From Salinispira sp. (GTDB lineage Bacteria; Spirochaetota; Spirochaetia; DSM-27196; Salinispiraceae): a stretch of 64,000 bases of DNA. The number at the start of each line of letters is the position of its first letter. Position 1 is the first letter of the stretch. The translations under genes were made by a program, and so were the position numbers. Location: assembly GCA_965602015.1 (NCBI GenBank), contig OZ271918.1, positions 608,001-672,000 on the forward strand, in the 5' to 3' direction. The notes under the pieces are model-generated. The model worked only from the letters and a program-made list of their open reading frames with translations, was not told where the DNA came from and did no database searches. This document shows, one piece after another, positions 48,629 through 58,409 of this stretch.

Positions 48629-49882
48629 ATGGGAATGCATGTAACTGAAGTAACTGATGGAATCTTTCGCCTTTCTGCCAATGCCGCACCGAATTCACTA
48701 TTATTCGAGGGCATCTGGCCCATACCCAACGGGGTAAGCATGAACAGCTACATCGTCAAAGGCGAGAAAATTGCAATCGTGGACGGTGTCTGCGGATGGG
48801 ATGGTGTTCCGGAAACCCTTCTCGAGCAGTTCAATCAAATGAATCTTGACCCAAACGATATCGACTACGTTATCGTGAACCATCATGAGCCTGACCATAG
48901 CGGCTGGCTGGAGGCATTCAAACAGGTGAGGCCGAAATTCCAGATTATCACCAGTGTGAAAGGGGAAGCCCTTCTCGAAGCGTTTTACGGTATAGATCAG
49001 GATATCCGGACAGTCAAAACCGGCGACACTCTCGATCTTGGCGATGGAAGGATTTTGGCATTCGCCGATATCCCCAATGTGCACTGGCCTGAGACTATGG
49101 CGACCTTCGATACAAAGAGCGGCACCCTGCTACCCTGTGATGCCTTTGGTTCATTCGGAGCCATCGATGACGCACCATACGATGATCAGTTGAGTCAGGA
49201 ACAGATTGATTTCTTCGAAAATGAGGCTGTAAGATACTACTCAAACATCGTTGCAGCCTTCTGCCTGCCTGTTAATAAAGCAATCAAAACCGTGGAAAGC
49301 CTTCCGGTAAAAATCATAGCTCCCGGCCATGGAATCGTCTGGCGGAAAAACCCTCAAAAAATAATAGACGACTACAAGCGCTATGCCAGCTATGATAAGA
49401 ATCCAGCCAAAGAAGAAGTCACCGTAATCTGGGGTTCAATGTATGGCAACACAGGCAAAACCATAGAGCCCATCGTTGAGGCAATGGAAGCCGAAGGGGT
49501 CAAGGTCCACGTTCATCGAGTTCCTGAAAGCCCTATGGGCGATATTTTAGCTTCGGTGTGGACATCCACGGGAATTGTCCTTGCCATGCCGACCTACGAG
49601 TATAAAATGTTTCCTCCAATGTTCGCAGCTCTGGACGAGCTAGTCAAGAAAAAGGTTAAGAACCGGAAGGCCTTCAGAATGGGTAGTTACGGCTGGTCCG
49701 GTGGCGCTCAGAAAGAACTGGACGAATTGATGACTGCTCATAAAAGCGGATGGGATTTTCTGGAACCTGTGGAGTTTAAAGGCGCACCCAGCGCAGAAGA
49801 TATTGAACTTATCCGCCAGAGGGGCAAAGAACTAGCCGCAGAGGTCAAAAAAATGGTCGCTGAAGCGCCAAAAGTGGTGTAG
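48629..49882 (+). CDS. fprA: Flavodiiron protein (FprA/A-type flavoprotein)
   Basis: HHEPDHSG, HWPET, CDAFG, PGHG; flavodoxin SMYGNT, GSYGWSG. Confidence 0.92.
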   Translation: MGMHVTEVTDGIFRLSANAAPNSLLFEGIWPIPNGVSMNSYIVKGEKIAIVDGVCGWDGVPETLLEQFNQMNLDPNDIDYVIVNHHEPDHSGWLEAFKQVRPKFQIITSVKGEALLEAFYGIDQDIRTVKTGDTLDLGDGRILAFADIPNVHWPETMATFDTKSGTLLPCDAFGSFGAIDDAPYDDQLSQEQIDFFENEAVRYYSNIVAAFCLPVNKAIKTVESLPVKIIAPGHGIVWRKNPQKIIDDYKRYASYDKNPAKEEVTVIWGSMYGNTGKTIEPIVEAMEAEGVKVHVHRVPESPMGDILASVWTSTGIVLAMPTYEYKMFPPMFAALDELVKKKVKNRKAFRMGSYGWSGGAQKELDELMTAHKSGWDFLEPVEFKGAPSAEDIELIRQRGKELAAEVKKMVAEAPKVV

Positions 49883-49902
49883 CCTCAGGGAATTATTCTC
49901 AC

Positions 49903-50045
49903 TGCCCCGAAAACAGCTGATTTTCCATCTGTAGATTATTGTGGTAGAAAGAGAAGGGTAAGTTTCTATAAGATTTGAGTAAAATATCAGCTATTTTTTT
50001 TCTGGTCAGGTAATTAGCGAATTTAAATCAGCTGTTTTGGGGGCA
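49903..50045. mobile_element. MITE-like non-autonomous element (143 bp)
   Basis: TGCCCCGAAAACAGCTGATTT ... AAATCAGCTGTTTTGGGGGCA, same ends as 44074-45324. Confidence 0.8.
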
Positions 50046-50055
50046 CTTCAAACAG

Positions 50056-50082
50056 AAAACCGCCGTTTCGACGGCGGTTTTT
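50056..50082. terminator. Rho-independent terminator
   Basis: AAAACCGCCG-TTTCGA-CGGCGGTTTTT. Confidence 0.8.
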
Positions 50083-50137
50083 ATGTCGACACATGACCTG
50101 AACTGATTGCCGGGGATATGTCGATGGAGGAGTCTTC

Positions 50138-51010
50138 GTGGTTTGGGAGAACGAACTCATAGACTGGAGAAAGCGTCGGGAAGATGAGCTCCGAGCTCCT
50201 TTTTCCTGGCTGAGTCTTTCGGCATTGATTTGGCTCGACGATAAGGCCTCGGTGCTCGGTGGTGCCGGAGCGTCACTGTCTCCCTGGCGCAGACTGCCTC
50301 GGTTTGGTTGTTTGGAACCTCGCAGCAGTGAGGGTCACTGGCAATTTCATCCCGAGCCGGATTTATCGTTTCGTTCCTGGAACCCGGTCTTACCCGGAAC
50401 TCAAACCGAATCATCCAAGGACAGCAAGCTCACGCTTCTTTCCGATGACCGGAACGGAGCTGCGACTCTGCTCGAGGTTCATGACCTGCGGATGTGTATA
50501 ATTCGCAGGCGTTTAGCCGGTGAACCGAGGCAGGCGCTTCGGGTCTGGGATTCCAGGAGTCCTCGAAGAACCGAGCAGTCTATTGAATGGTTTGAAGCTG
50601 ATGAACGCTGGCGAAAACCCGGCCGATTTATATCCGAAATAAAAAACATTGAAGTTCCCGATGCCCTGGGTTCCACAGAGTTTGCAAAATCTGTGGGTTC
50701 TGTGACCTTTGACCACGCTGACCGGACGTTTTCACTGGTATGTATGGACGGTGGTAATGACGGCCTGTTTATAATTTTCCGCGATGTGCTTTCTAATTCT
50801 GGAGGGCAGGGAGGGGTCTACCCCTCAGCTCGCTATCTTACTGTCGAAAAGCCTGGCGATGACGGCATGGTAGAACTTGATTTTAACAGGGCTGTTAGTC
50901 CGCCCTGTGCCTATAGTAGTTTTGCGACCTGTCCCTTCGCTCCCGACGGAAATCACATGGATATTACCGTTCCCGCCGGCGAGCGCTGGGTTAAAAACGT
51001 CGAGCGCTAA
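50138..51010 (+). CDS. DUF1684 family protein
   Basis: SWLSL, LFIIFRD, YPSARYL, LDFNRA.SPPCAYS.FATCP..P..N. Confidence 0.88.
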   Translation: MVWENELIDWRKRREDELRAPFSWLSLSALIWLDDKASVLGGAGASLSPWRRLPRFGCLEPRSSEGHWQFHPEPDLSFRSWNPVLPGTQTESSKDSKLTLLSDDRNGAATLLEVHDLRMCIIRRRLAGEPRQALRVWDSRSPRRTEQSIEWFEADERWRKPGRFISEIKNIEVPDALGSTEFAKSVGSVTFDHADRTFSLVCMDGGNDGLFIIFRDVLSNSGGQGGVYPSARYLTVEKPGDDGMVELDFNRAVSPPCAYSSFATCPFAPDGNHMDITVPAGERWVKNVER

Positions 51011-51974
51011 ATCCATCCTCGATCATCAGTTCTATCAAACTATCCGGTCCTACAAGGTGAGCGCTTCCAACAACCACGAAAAAAGTATCCTGGCTGCGCT
51101 GACTGAGAAGGGAATTCAGGGTATCTATCCAGTCTATATTTCGATCGACAAGCAAGCGGGAGAAGTACTCCTGGCCGGCATCGCTCTCGAAGTATTCAGC
51201 AAGAAGTAAATCTTCCAATGCCGCCACATCACCGGCAACCCAAATTTCTATGAGATCGGAAATATACTCGCTGATAGAATCGAATTCCCTGATACTGTCT
51301 TCCAAAGACCATAATTGGGCTTCCATTGAGAAGGAGTTGAGCATTTCCAATTGTCCGACTGCGGTTTCAAAGGCGAGTGTCTCAATCCCCGCTTCCATCG
51401 CCCTGGTGGCAAAGTGAATATCTACTCCCAGGGATGGGTCCAAGTTGGCTTCGAAAGTGGATATGGTAGCAAGGGTATTGGCAATAACCCAGGGCTGCAG
51501 GTTTCGTATGCCGTTGTAATCTATCCCGTAGCTTTGAAAAATCTCCCGCAGGGTCAGTGAATCTTCCGGAGTCAGGTAATCTTCAATATCTTCGCCGTCC
51601 GCAAGGGTTGAGTTTTGATTGATAAATGCCTGTACTTCGGCAATATCAACATTGATGATATCCGCTTCGACGATCAGGGCGTCGGCCATGCTAAACTTCT
51701 CATATATTCGCTGATCAAGGGGATACAAGAGCTCTCCCCCCAGATGAACCGAGCCCAAAACAAAAACCGAAGATTCGTCCCGGGTCATTTCCCATAAAAA
51801 CAGCTCGCCGTCTGCCCGTCCAGGATAATCGGGTGCCTGCGACCTCTGTGGGGGGGGAAGGATGTCACTGGTCTGCATTCCTGGGTCTTGGATTGACGGT
51901 GGGGGGCTTGCACAGCCGGCAATCACAGCAATCATTATTGTAAGGAGAGAGAAGTTTCGAATGATTATTTTCAT
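50991..51974 (-). CDS. TraB/GumN family lipoprotein
   Basis: Lipobox IAGC; LGSVH, GVD, RNIDW, VVGSAHL.G. Confidence 0.88.
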   Translation of the reverse strand: MKIIIRNFSLLTIMIAVIAGCASPPPSIQDPGMQTSDILPPPQRSQAPDYPGRADGELFLWEMTRDESSVFVLGSVHLGGELLYPLDQRIYEKFSMADALIVEADIINVDIAEVQAFINQNSTLADGEDIEDYLTPEDSLTLREIFQSYGIDYNGIRNLQPWVIANTLATISTFEANLDPSLGVDIHFATRAMEAGIETLAFETAVGQLEMLNSFSMEAQLWSLEDSIREFDSISEYISDLIEIWVAGDVAALEDLLLAEYFESDAGQEYFSRLLVDRNIDWIDTLNSLLSQRSQDTFFVVVGSAHLVGPDSLIELMIEDGFSARRF

Positions 51975-51995
51975 TATTGCCTCCCGGTCATGAGT

Positions 51996-53396
51996 TTAGA
52001 AATCGGCGTTTCTTGGTGTTCTGGGGAATGGAATGACGTCTCGAATGTTCTGCATTCCTGTAACATACTGGATGAGGCGTTCGAAGCCCAACCCGAATCC
52101 CGAGTGCGGCACTGTGCCGTATCGGCGAAGATCGAGGTACCACCAGTAGTCGTCGGGATTTAATCCGTTCTCCCGTATGCGGCGGGTCAGGACTTCGAGG
52201 TTTTCTTCACGCTGGCTGCCGCCGATTATCTCGCCGAGCCGGGGTACCAGAACGTCCATGCCCCTGACGGTTTTTTCATCGTCGTTGAGCTTCATGTAAA
52301 AGGCTTTGATATCTTTCGGATAGTCGGTGACGATGACCGGGCCCTTGAAAACCTCTTCAGTGAGGAACTTTTCGTGTTCGCTTTGGAGATCAACACCCCA
52401 GGAAACCGGGTACTCGAACTGTTTTCCGGACTTTTCCAGTTCGGAAACCGCTTCGCTGTATGTGAGCCGCTGAAACCGGCTTTCGGCGACGCTCCGCAGC
52501 TGGTCGATAATGCCTTTTTGAATCCGCAGATCAAAAAATTCCATATCATCAGCGGCAGTTTCGAGGACTGTGTTGAGGATGTACTTCAGGAAGGACTCCG
52601 CCCAGTCCATATTTTGATGAATGTCGCAGAAAGAGATTTCCGGTTCAATCATCCAGAATTCAGCGAGGTGACGGGTTGTATTGGAGTTCTCAGCCCGGAA
52701 GGTCGGGCCAAAGGTGTAGACCCGGTCCATGGCAGTGGCGTAAATTTCCGCATTGAGCTGCCCGCTGACGGTGAGGTAGGACCGTCGACCGAAGAAATCC
52801 CGTCCGTAATCAATACCCTGCTTGAATTTTTCCGGGGAGGTTTTAGCGATGCCCTCCAGATCGAGGGTAGTTACCTGGAACATCTCGCCGGCGCCTTCGG
52901 CGTCGCTTGCAGTAATAATCGGCGTATGCACCCACAGGAAACCGTTATCCTGGTAAAACTGATGGACTGCCTGAGACATGACGTTCCTCACGCGGGCGAC
53001 GGCGCCGAAGGTGTTGGTTCGGGGGCGGAGGTGGGCGATCTCCCGAAGGTACTCGAAGGAGTGACGTTTTTTTTGCATGGGATAGGTTTCCGGATCGGCG
53101 CTGCCGATCAGACGCAAGACACTGCAGTGCATCTCGACTTTCTGTTTCTTTCCAGGGCTCTCCACCAGTTTGCCCTCTATCTCCACACTTGCGCCGTTCT
53201 GTAACGCGCTGAGATCCTGCTCGCCGAAGCGGTCCTTGTCCAGAATGACCTGAAGGTTTTTCATGCTTGAACCATCGTTAACTTCGAAAAACACGATATT
53301 TTTCGAATCTCTGGCGGTGCGAACCCAGCCCTTGCAAAGAACCGCACTATCTGTGGGGTCCATCTCCAATAATTCCCGTACGCGAAATCGTTCCAT
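51996..53396 (-). CDS. asnS: Asparagine-tRNA ligase
   Basis: [46 protein letters not shown]. Confidence 0.97.
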   Translation of the reverse strand: MERFRVRELLEMDPTDSAVLCKGWVRTARDSKNIVFFEVNDGSSMKNLQVILDKDRFGEQDLSALQNGASVEIEGKLVESPGKKQKVEMHCSVLRLIGSADPETYPMQKKRHSFEYLREIAHLRPRTNTFGAVARVRNVMSQAVHQFYQDNGFLWVHTPIITASDAEGAGEMFQVTTLDLEGIAKTSPEKFKQGIDYGRDFFGRRSYLTVSGQLNAEIYATAMDRVYTFGPTFRAENSNTTRHLAEFWMIEPEISFCDIHQNMDWAESFLKYILNTVLETAADDMEFFDLRIQKGIIDQLRSVAESRFQRLTYSEAVSELEKSGKQFEYPVSWGVDLQSEHEKFLTEEVFKGPVIVTDYPKDIKAFYMKLNDDEKTVRGMDVLVPRLGEIIGGSQREENLEVLTRRIRENGLNPDDYWWYLDLRRYGTVPHSGFGLGFERLIQYVTGMQNIRDVIPFPRTPRNADF

Positions 53397-53539
53397 AAGG
53401 ATCGAGAGTATCAGCAGTCTGTAAAACGGTCAATCAGGGCTCGGGAAATGCAGCGGAGGCTTGCTTGCACGCCGGCAAAAGGGATAGTATATGCAACGCA
53501 TTTTTTCGACTATTCCCGAGCATATATACAGGATTTATC

Positions 53540-54607
53540 ATGGAACAAACCAGCGACTTACGAATACAATCGGCCCAGCCCCTGACGACCCCTCGGGAAC
53601 TCTTAAATGAACTTCCCGCCGGTGAAGACAGCATACAGACAGTCGTCCGGGGTCGGCATAGTGTGGAAAACATTATTAGCGGGCAGGACCATAGGCTACT
53701 CGCCATCGTCGGACCCTGCTCTATACACGATCCGGAAATGGGTCTTGAATACGCGGAAAAACTTAAAGTTCTGGCCGAAGAAGTGGCGGATCAGATCTAT
53801 ATAGTAATGAGGGTCTATTTCGAAAAGCCCCGCACGAAACTTGGATGGCGGGGCCTGATTCTCGACCCGCACCTCAACGGAAGCAATGATATTCAGGAAG
53901 GGCTTCGCATAGCACGAAAGCTGCTCTTGGATATCACCGCAATGGGCCTTCCTGCGGGATCGGAAATGCTCGATCCGGTTGTTCCCCAATATATCGATGA
54001 TCTACTCAGTTGGGGGGCGATCGGAGCCCGTACCACAGAAAGCCAGACCCACCGTGAAATGTCCAGCGGTCTGTCCATGCCGATTGGTTTCAAAAACGGA
54101 ACCGACGGCTCGGTGGACAATGCGCTAAACGCTCTGACCAGCAGTCGACACGGCCATTCGTTTATCGGGATCGATCTCGAGGGAAAGACCTGCGTGCTCC
54201 ATACCACGGGAAATGACATGGGACATCTCATCCTCCGCGGGGGAAAGAACGGGCCGAACTACTACCGGGATCACGTGGAGAAAGCGGGCAATGCCCTGCG
54301 GGCAGCCGGATTGCACGACAGAATCATGATTGATTGCAGTCATGCCAATAGCGGTAAAAATCACCAGCGTCAGCACATCGTTCTGGAAGATATTCTCCGT
54401 CAGCGGCTCAGCGGTGTCAAAGAAATCATGGGCTTTATGCTCGAGAGCAACCATCATCCGGGAAATCAGGCCATTCCCGAGGATATCGGCCAGTTAAAAT
54501 ACGGGGTGAGCATCACCGACGCGTGCATTGGCTGGGATGAAACCGCAGAGCTGCTCAAACGAAGCCATGACATGCTGGCCCGGGGTATGGACAGGCTGAG
54601 GGCCTAA
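53540..54607 (+). CDS. 3-deoxy-7-phosphoheptulonate (DAHP) synthase, class I alpha (AroF/G/H type)
   Basis: GPCSIHD, RVYFEKPRT, IGARTTESQ, DCSHANS, SITDACI. Confidence 0.95.
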   Translation: MEQTSDLRIQSAQPLTTPRELLNELPAGEDSIQTVVRGRHSVENIISGQDHRLLAIVGPCSIHDPEMGLEYAEKLKVLAEEVADQIYIVMRVYFEKPRTKLGWRGLILDPHLNGSNDIQEGLRIARKLLLDITAMGLPAGSEMLDPVVPQYIDDLLSWGAIGARTTESQTHREMSSGLSMPIGFKNGTDGSVDNALNALTSSRHGHSFIGIDLEGKTCVLHTTGNDMGHLILRGGKNGPNYYRDHVEKAGNALRAAGLHDRIMIDCSHANSGKNHQRQHIVLEDILRQRLSGVKEIMGFMLESNHHPGNQAIPEDIGQLKYGVSITDACIGWDETAELLKRSHDMLARGMDRLRA

Positions 54608-55671
54608 TCCTGCCCGGGGCTCCATCGTCCGTCGTCCAGATCGAAGAAATACTCCTCATCGCTCAATGACTCTTTCGTTTCCTCAACGGGCGAGGGAGGC
54701 GTAATTCCGCCACCCTGATAGCCGCTGTCTTTTTCTATTCGCTCAATCTGCTCCTCGAGATCGTTAAGAAACTCTTCCCAATACTCGCTGCTTCCGAAAC
54801 CGGGAAAACTGCGCTGAATTGCCGGATCGTCTCGTCGACGGGCAATCCATCCATTATAGGCAATGTAACGGAGAGCCCTTAAAAGCTCCCGAAAGCGGAT
54901 ACTCTCCATGGGGAAGTCGGCAAAACGCTGATAGCCCGAAAGAAATGCGCTGGTTTTTCGTTCCTGCTCATCGGGGCTGTCGGACACCACCATCCACATG
55001 TCCTGCAGCACCGGTCCGGACATCGAATCGTCAAAGTCGAGAAAAAACAGCCCATTTGAGCCGAGAAGCATGTTGCCGGTGTGACAGTCACCGTGAATCA
55101 TCTGATACCTGGTTGCGGCGTAGAGATTATCTGCGGACTTCCCAAGGTACTCCGACATGTCCGCATAGCGGCGGGCCTGCGCCGGAGGTAAAAGACATTC
55201 CTCTTCGATATACCGCCGGTGGCGTTCCACCATATACTCCCGGTCCATCTGCGGGCGGTGATTTAGAGCCAGGTCTTTGGCTGCCAGGTGAATTCGTCCC
55301 AAGTAGCCCCCTATTCGCGAGAGAATCGAGTCGGAAAACTCATCGATGAGTCTGCCGCCTGTTCGGGGCCAGAGAGCGAAGTGCATGCCCTGCATCTCAA
55401 AGAGGCTCTCTCCGTCCCGGGATATTGGGGCACATACCGGAATCTCCTGATCGGCGAGGTGAAAAAGAAAGCGGTGTTCGTCAAGGATGGCATCTCGGCT
55501 CCAGCGTTCGGGCCGATAAAATTTTGCAACCAGATGATTGCCGTCCTCCAGCTTTAGGTCGAAAACCCGATTCTCCAGACTATTTAACTGCTGGAGATGA
55601 CCGCTGCATTCAAAACCCACGGATTCCGCCGCATTAAAAATTGTCTGTGGATCGAGGCTGTAAAAATCCAT
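54604..55671 (-). CDS. srkA: Stress response serine/threonine kinase (SrkA/RdoA)
   Basis: LNSLENRV, KFYRPERWS, HGDCHTGN, DFDD, QDMWM, DPA..FP. Confidence 0.88.
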   Translation of the reverse strand: MDFYSLDPQTIFNAAESVGFECSGHLQQLNSLENRVFDLKLEDGNHLVAKFYRPERWSRDAILDEHRFLFHLADQEIPVCAPISRDGESLFEMQGMHFALWPRTGGRLIDEFSDSILSRIGGYLGRIHLAAKDLALNHRPQMDREYMVERHRRYIEEECLLPPAQARRYADMSEYLGKSADNLYAATRYQMIHGDCHTGNMLLGSNGLFFLDFDDSMSGPVLQDMWMVVSDSPDEQERKTSAFLSGYQRFADFPMESIRFRELLRALRYIAYNGWIARRRDDPAIQRSFPGFGSSEYWEEFLNDLEEQIERIEKDSGYQGGGITPPSPVEETKESLSDEEYFFDLDDGRWSPGQD

Positions 55672-55744
55672 GGCGGCTCCCGGTTGCTGTGAATGCCTGC
55701 TTCAATGGGCAAGGTTAGGCCGGGTCAGTATAATAAATATTGAC

Positions 55745-55888
55745 TGCCCCGAAAACAGCTGATTTTGTGGCGGTAACTCCTTATGTGGTAAATTACTAAT
55801 CGGGTTCTTTCAATAGGGTTGGATTGATGACCGGCAAATCCTAATCAGTGAACGGTTTGGATGCTTTAAATCAGCTGTTTTCGGGGCA
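55745..55888. mobile_element. MITE-like non-autonomous element (144 bp)
   Basis: Perfect IR TGCCCCGAAAACAGCTGATTT / AAATCAGCTGTTTTCGGGGCA. Confidence 0.82.
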
Positions 55889-55917
55889 CTGCCTATAAGC
55901 CGCCAACGGGAGGAAAA

Positions 55918-56262
55918 ATGGAAATCGGATTTGAAGGCTTGCGGATTCCCTGCGTTGTCGGGGTACTCGATCATGAACGTCAACGGGAACAGGTCATTGA
56001 AGCTGACCTGATGGTGCAGATCGATGTACAGGAAGCTGTAATGACCGATGATATTAGCCTGACCATCGGCTATGACATCCTGGCCGACCTCCTCATTAAC
56101 CATTCACGAGAGGGAAAATTTTTACTGCTTGAAACTCTTGTCACCGAGTTCAGGAATGTTCTCGGGGAAAAGTATCCGCAGATTTCCGGTGGCAGCATCA
56201 CGGTTCGCAAACCCGGTGCTCTTCCCCTTGCCGCTGCTGCTGTGGTCCGGCTGCGTTGGTAG
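55918..56262 (+). CDS. folB: Dihydroneopterin aldolase
   Basis: VGVLDHER..EQ, DDI..TI.Y, LLETL, VRKP.A. Confidence 0.85.
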   Translation: MEIGFEGLRIPCVVGVLDHERQREQVIEADLMVQIDVQEAVMTDDISLTIGYDILADLLINHSREGKFLLLETLVTEFRNVLGEKYPQISGGSITVRKPGALPLAAAAVVRLRW

Positions 56263-56324
56263 GGGAAATACAAGCTTGAACTTTCGGTATGCAGGGTCTA
56301 TAATCCACTAGAAACCAGAAATGA

Positions 56325-56504
<180 letters not shown>

Positions 56505-56527
56505 TCGCCCGAAATTTCGCAATATAC

Positions 56528-56574
56528 AGCGCCCGAATAAGAGGATTGCTCCTCTGAACCCGGGCGCTTTTTTA
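56528..56574 (+). terminator. Terminator after ferredoxin
   Basis: AGCGCCCG...CGGGCGCT followed by a T-run. Confidence 0.6.
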
Positions 56575-56696
56575 TTCTACGAGCTTGAAACTCCCCGCGC
56601 TTTCTGCTACAAATCTATTCCCTGTAAAAAATATGGTTGCACCCTTTACGCGATTTCTGTTTAGGTGTAGCCTTTGTACGATTTCAAGGAGAAATT

Positions 56697-56867
56697 ATGG
56701 CTGGAAATATTTCTAAAAACGCCCGCCGAGAAGGCGCTCAGGAACTCATGAGCCGCTGGGGCGGAAAAATTATTATGAAGTCGGTGTTTGAAAAAGGCCG
56801 GATGCGTCATTTCGCAGTCTGCGAAAAGACCGGCAATCAGGCCCGAAAACCCAAGGATCTTATGTAA
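56697..56867 (+). CDS. Small basic hypothetical protein (56 aa)
   Basis: RBS AAGGAG; MAGNISKNARREG...CEKTGNQARKPKDLM. Confidence 0.7.
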   Translation: MAGNISKNARREGAQELMSRWGGKIIMKSVFEKGRMRHFAVCEKTGNQARKPKDLM

Positions 56868-56956
56868 TTCATGCCGCCGAGTCCCCGGTATGCGGGGACG
56901 AGGCCTATGGGTCTCTTTCATTCGGGACCGCCTTTCCCATTTGTCAGGAGCTGTCA

Positions 56957-57478
56957 TTGATACTATCCGGTTTAGAAATCCAAAAACGGTTGGGCTCCGA
57001 CATCATCATCGATCCCTTCACTCCCGATCAACTCAACCCCAATTCCTATAATCTTCGCCTTCATCAGGATCTTCTGGTTTACGATGAACCGGTGCTCGAT
57101 ATGAAAAAGGCAAACGCCGCCAGTTCCTTAAGCATTCCCGAGGAAGGGCTCTTGCTGGAGTCAAACCGGCTGTACCTCGGAAGAACACTCGAGCACACCC
57201 GCACGGAAAACCTGGTTCCCATGCTTGAGGGCCGTTCCTCCATCGGCCGTCTGGGTCTTTTTGTCCACATCACCGCTGGTTTCGGCGATGTGGGATTTAA
57301 CGGATTTTGGACCCTCGAGATTTTCTGCGTTCAGCCCATCCGGGTGTATGCCGGGGTCGAGATTTGTCAAATATTTTATCACAGTCTTGAAGGGGAGCAT
57401 GCCAGCTACTCAAGCGGCAAATATCAGAATAACAAGGGCATTCAACCCTCCATGCTGTACAGAGATTTCGAGAAGTAA
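56957..57478 (+). CDS. dcd: dCTP deaminase
   Basis: QLNPNSYNLRL, EGRSSIGRLGL, GDVGF.G.WTLE, KYQ. Confidence 0.93.
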   Translation: MILSGLEIQKRLGSDIIIDPFTPDQLNPNSYNLRLHQDLLVYDEPVLDMKKANAASSLSIPEEGLLLESNRLYLGRTLEHTRTENLVPMLEGRSSIGRLGLFVHITAGFGDVGFNGFWTLEIFCVQPIRVYAGVEICQIFYHSLEGEHASYSSGKYQNNKGIQPSMLYRDFEK

Positions 57479-57578
57479 CGGCAGTATTCCCTTTGTGTTT
57501 TACTTCATAATATTGGGATGCGCCTGCAATTAATGCGAAAATTTAGTTATTATGTAAAAATAAAAAGGAACACCAAAT

Positions 57579-58409
57579 ATGGAAGTACAGGGACAGGTGG
57601 AGACATCCTCTCCAAAGCAGACAGCCCCTATTAAACCTCATCACGAATCGAGCAGGATTATTTTCGTAAATCCTGAGGAATGGGTTGTAGAAAATTTTCT
57701 CGGACTGCTTATCCGACTGGAATACAAGGCTGTAAGCCTCTATGATGCGTCTCAACTCGGCGATGCGGTGAAGGCATTCCCCCACAGTGTTCTTTTTTTC
57801 AACATCGATAAAAATCCCGAGGGAGGGACCTGGTTCGCGGCAGTTAAAGAGAAGCAGGATCTTTTCCGGGAGCTGCGAAGCCTCCCGGTGTTTATCGGCA
57901 AGGATACCCGGGAAAAAATCAAGTCCCGGGTTGAACTGGACATCCCCTTCGACGGATTTGATATGGGCAAGAGTCCGAAACAGGTTTTTCTTCTTATGCA
58001 GGCTCTGATTCAGCAATGGTATGACAAGGGCAAGCGGCAATATATTCGGGTTCGCTGCCCATCCAACGGCCGTTCTCGTTTCAATTTGAGAAGCGACGGC
58101 GATATGTATCAGGGTACTATTTTGGATATCAGTTCGGCGGGCATGGCCTGTGAATTCGACGGCGGCTCAGCCCCGCCGCGTTTGCGCAAGGGCAGCGTCC
58201 TTGCAAAAATTCAGCTTAAGCTCAACTCCCGTCTCATCCTAGTAGACGGTGTGGTTATGGGGTCCCGAGCTGGGGGAAGCGGTCAGGGTGAGAATCTCTG
58301 GGTAATCATGTTTCGCAATCACGAAGACAGCGGAGCGGTACAGAAAATAAAAGATTTTGTCAGGGAACAGCTGCAGCTTGAGTTTAATGAGCGGCTGAAA
58401 TACGCTTAG
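57579..58409 (+). CDS. PilZ domain protein (spirochete type)
   Basis: KRQYIRV and DISSAG c-di-GMP motifs. Confidence 0.82.
   Translation: MEVQGQVETSSPKQTAPIKPHHESSRIIFVNPEEWVVENFLGLLIRLEYKAVSLYDASQLGDAVKAFPHSVLFFNIDKNPEGGTWFAAVKEKQDLFRELRSLPVFIGKDTREKIKSRVELDIPFDGFDMGKSPKQVFLLMQALIQQWYDKGKRQYIRVRCPSNGRSRFNLRSDGDMYQGTILDISSAGMACEFDGGSAPPRLRKGSVLAKIQLKLNSRLILVDGVVMGSRAGGSGQGENLWVIMFRNHEDSGAVQKIKDFVREQLQLEFNERLKYA

Noticed and set aside
52374..53204. 276-aa + strand ORF
   Set aside because: Antisense shadow of asnS.
10635..55890. CAGCTGTTTT(C/G)GGGGCAC repeats as a CRISPR array
   Set aside because: Dispersed and inverted, not tandem with regular spacers; no cas genes.
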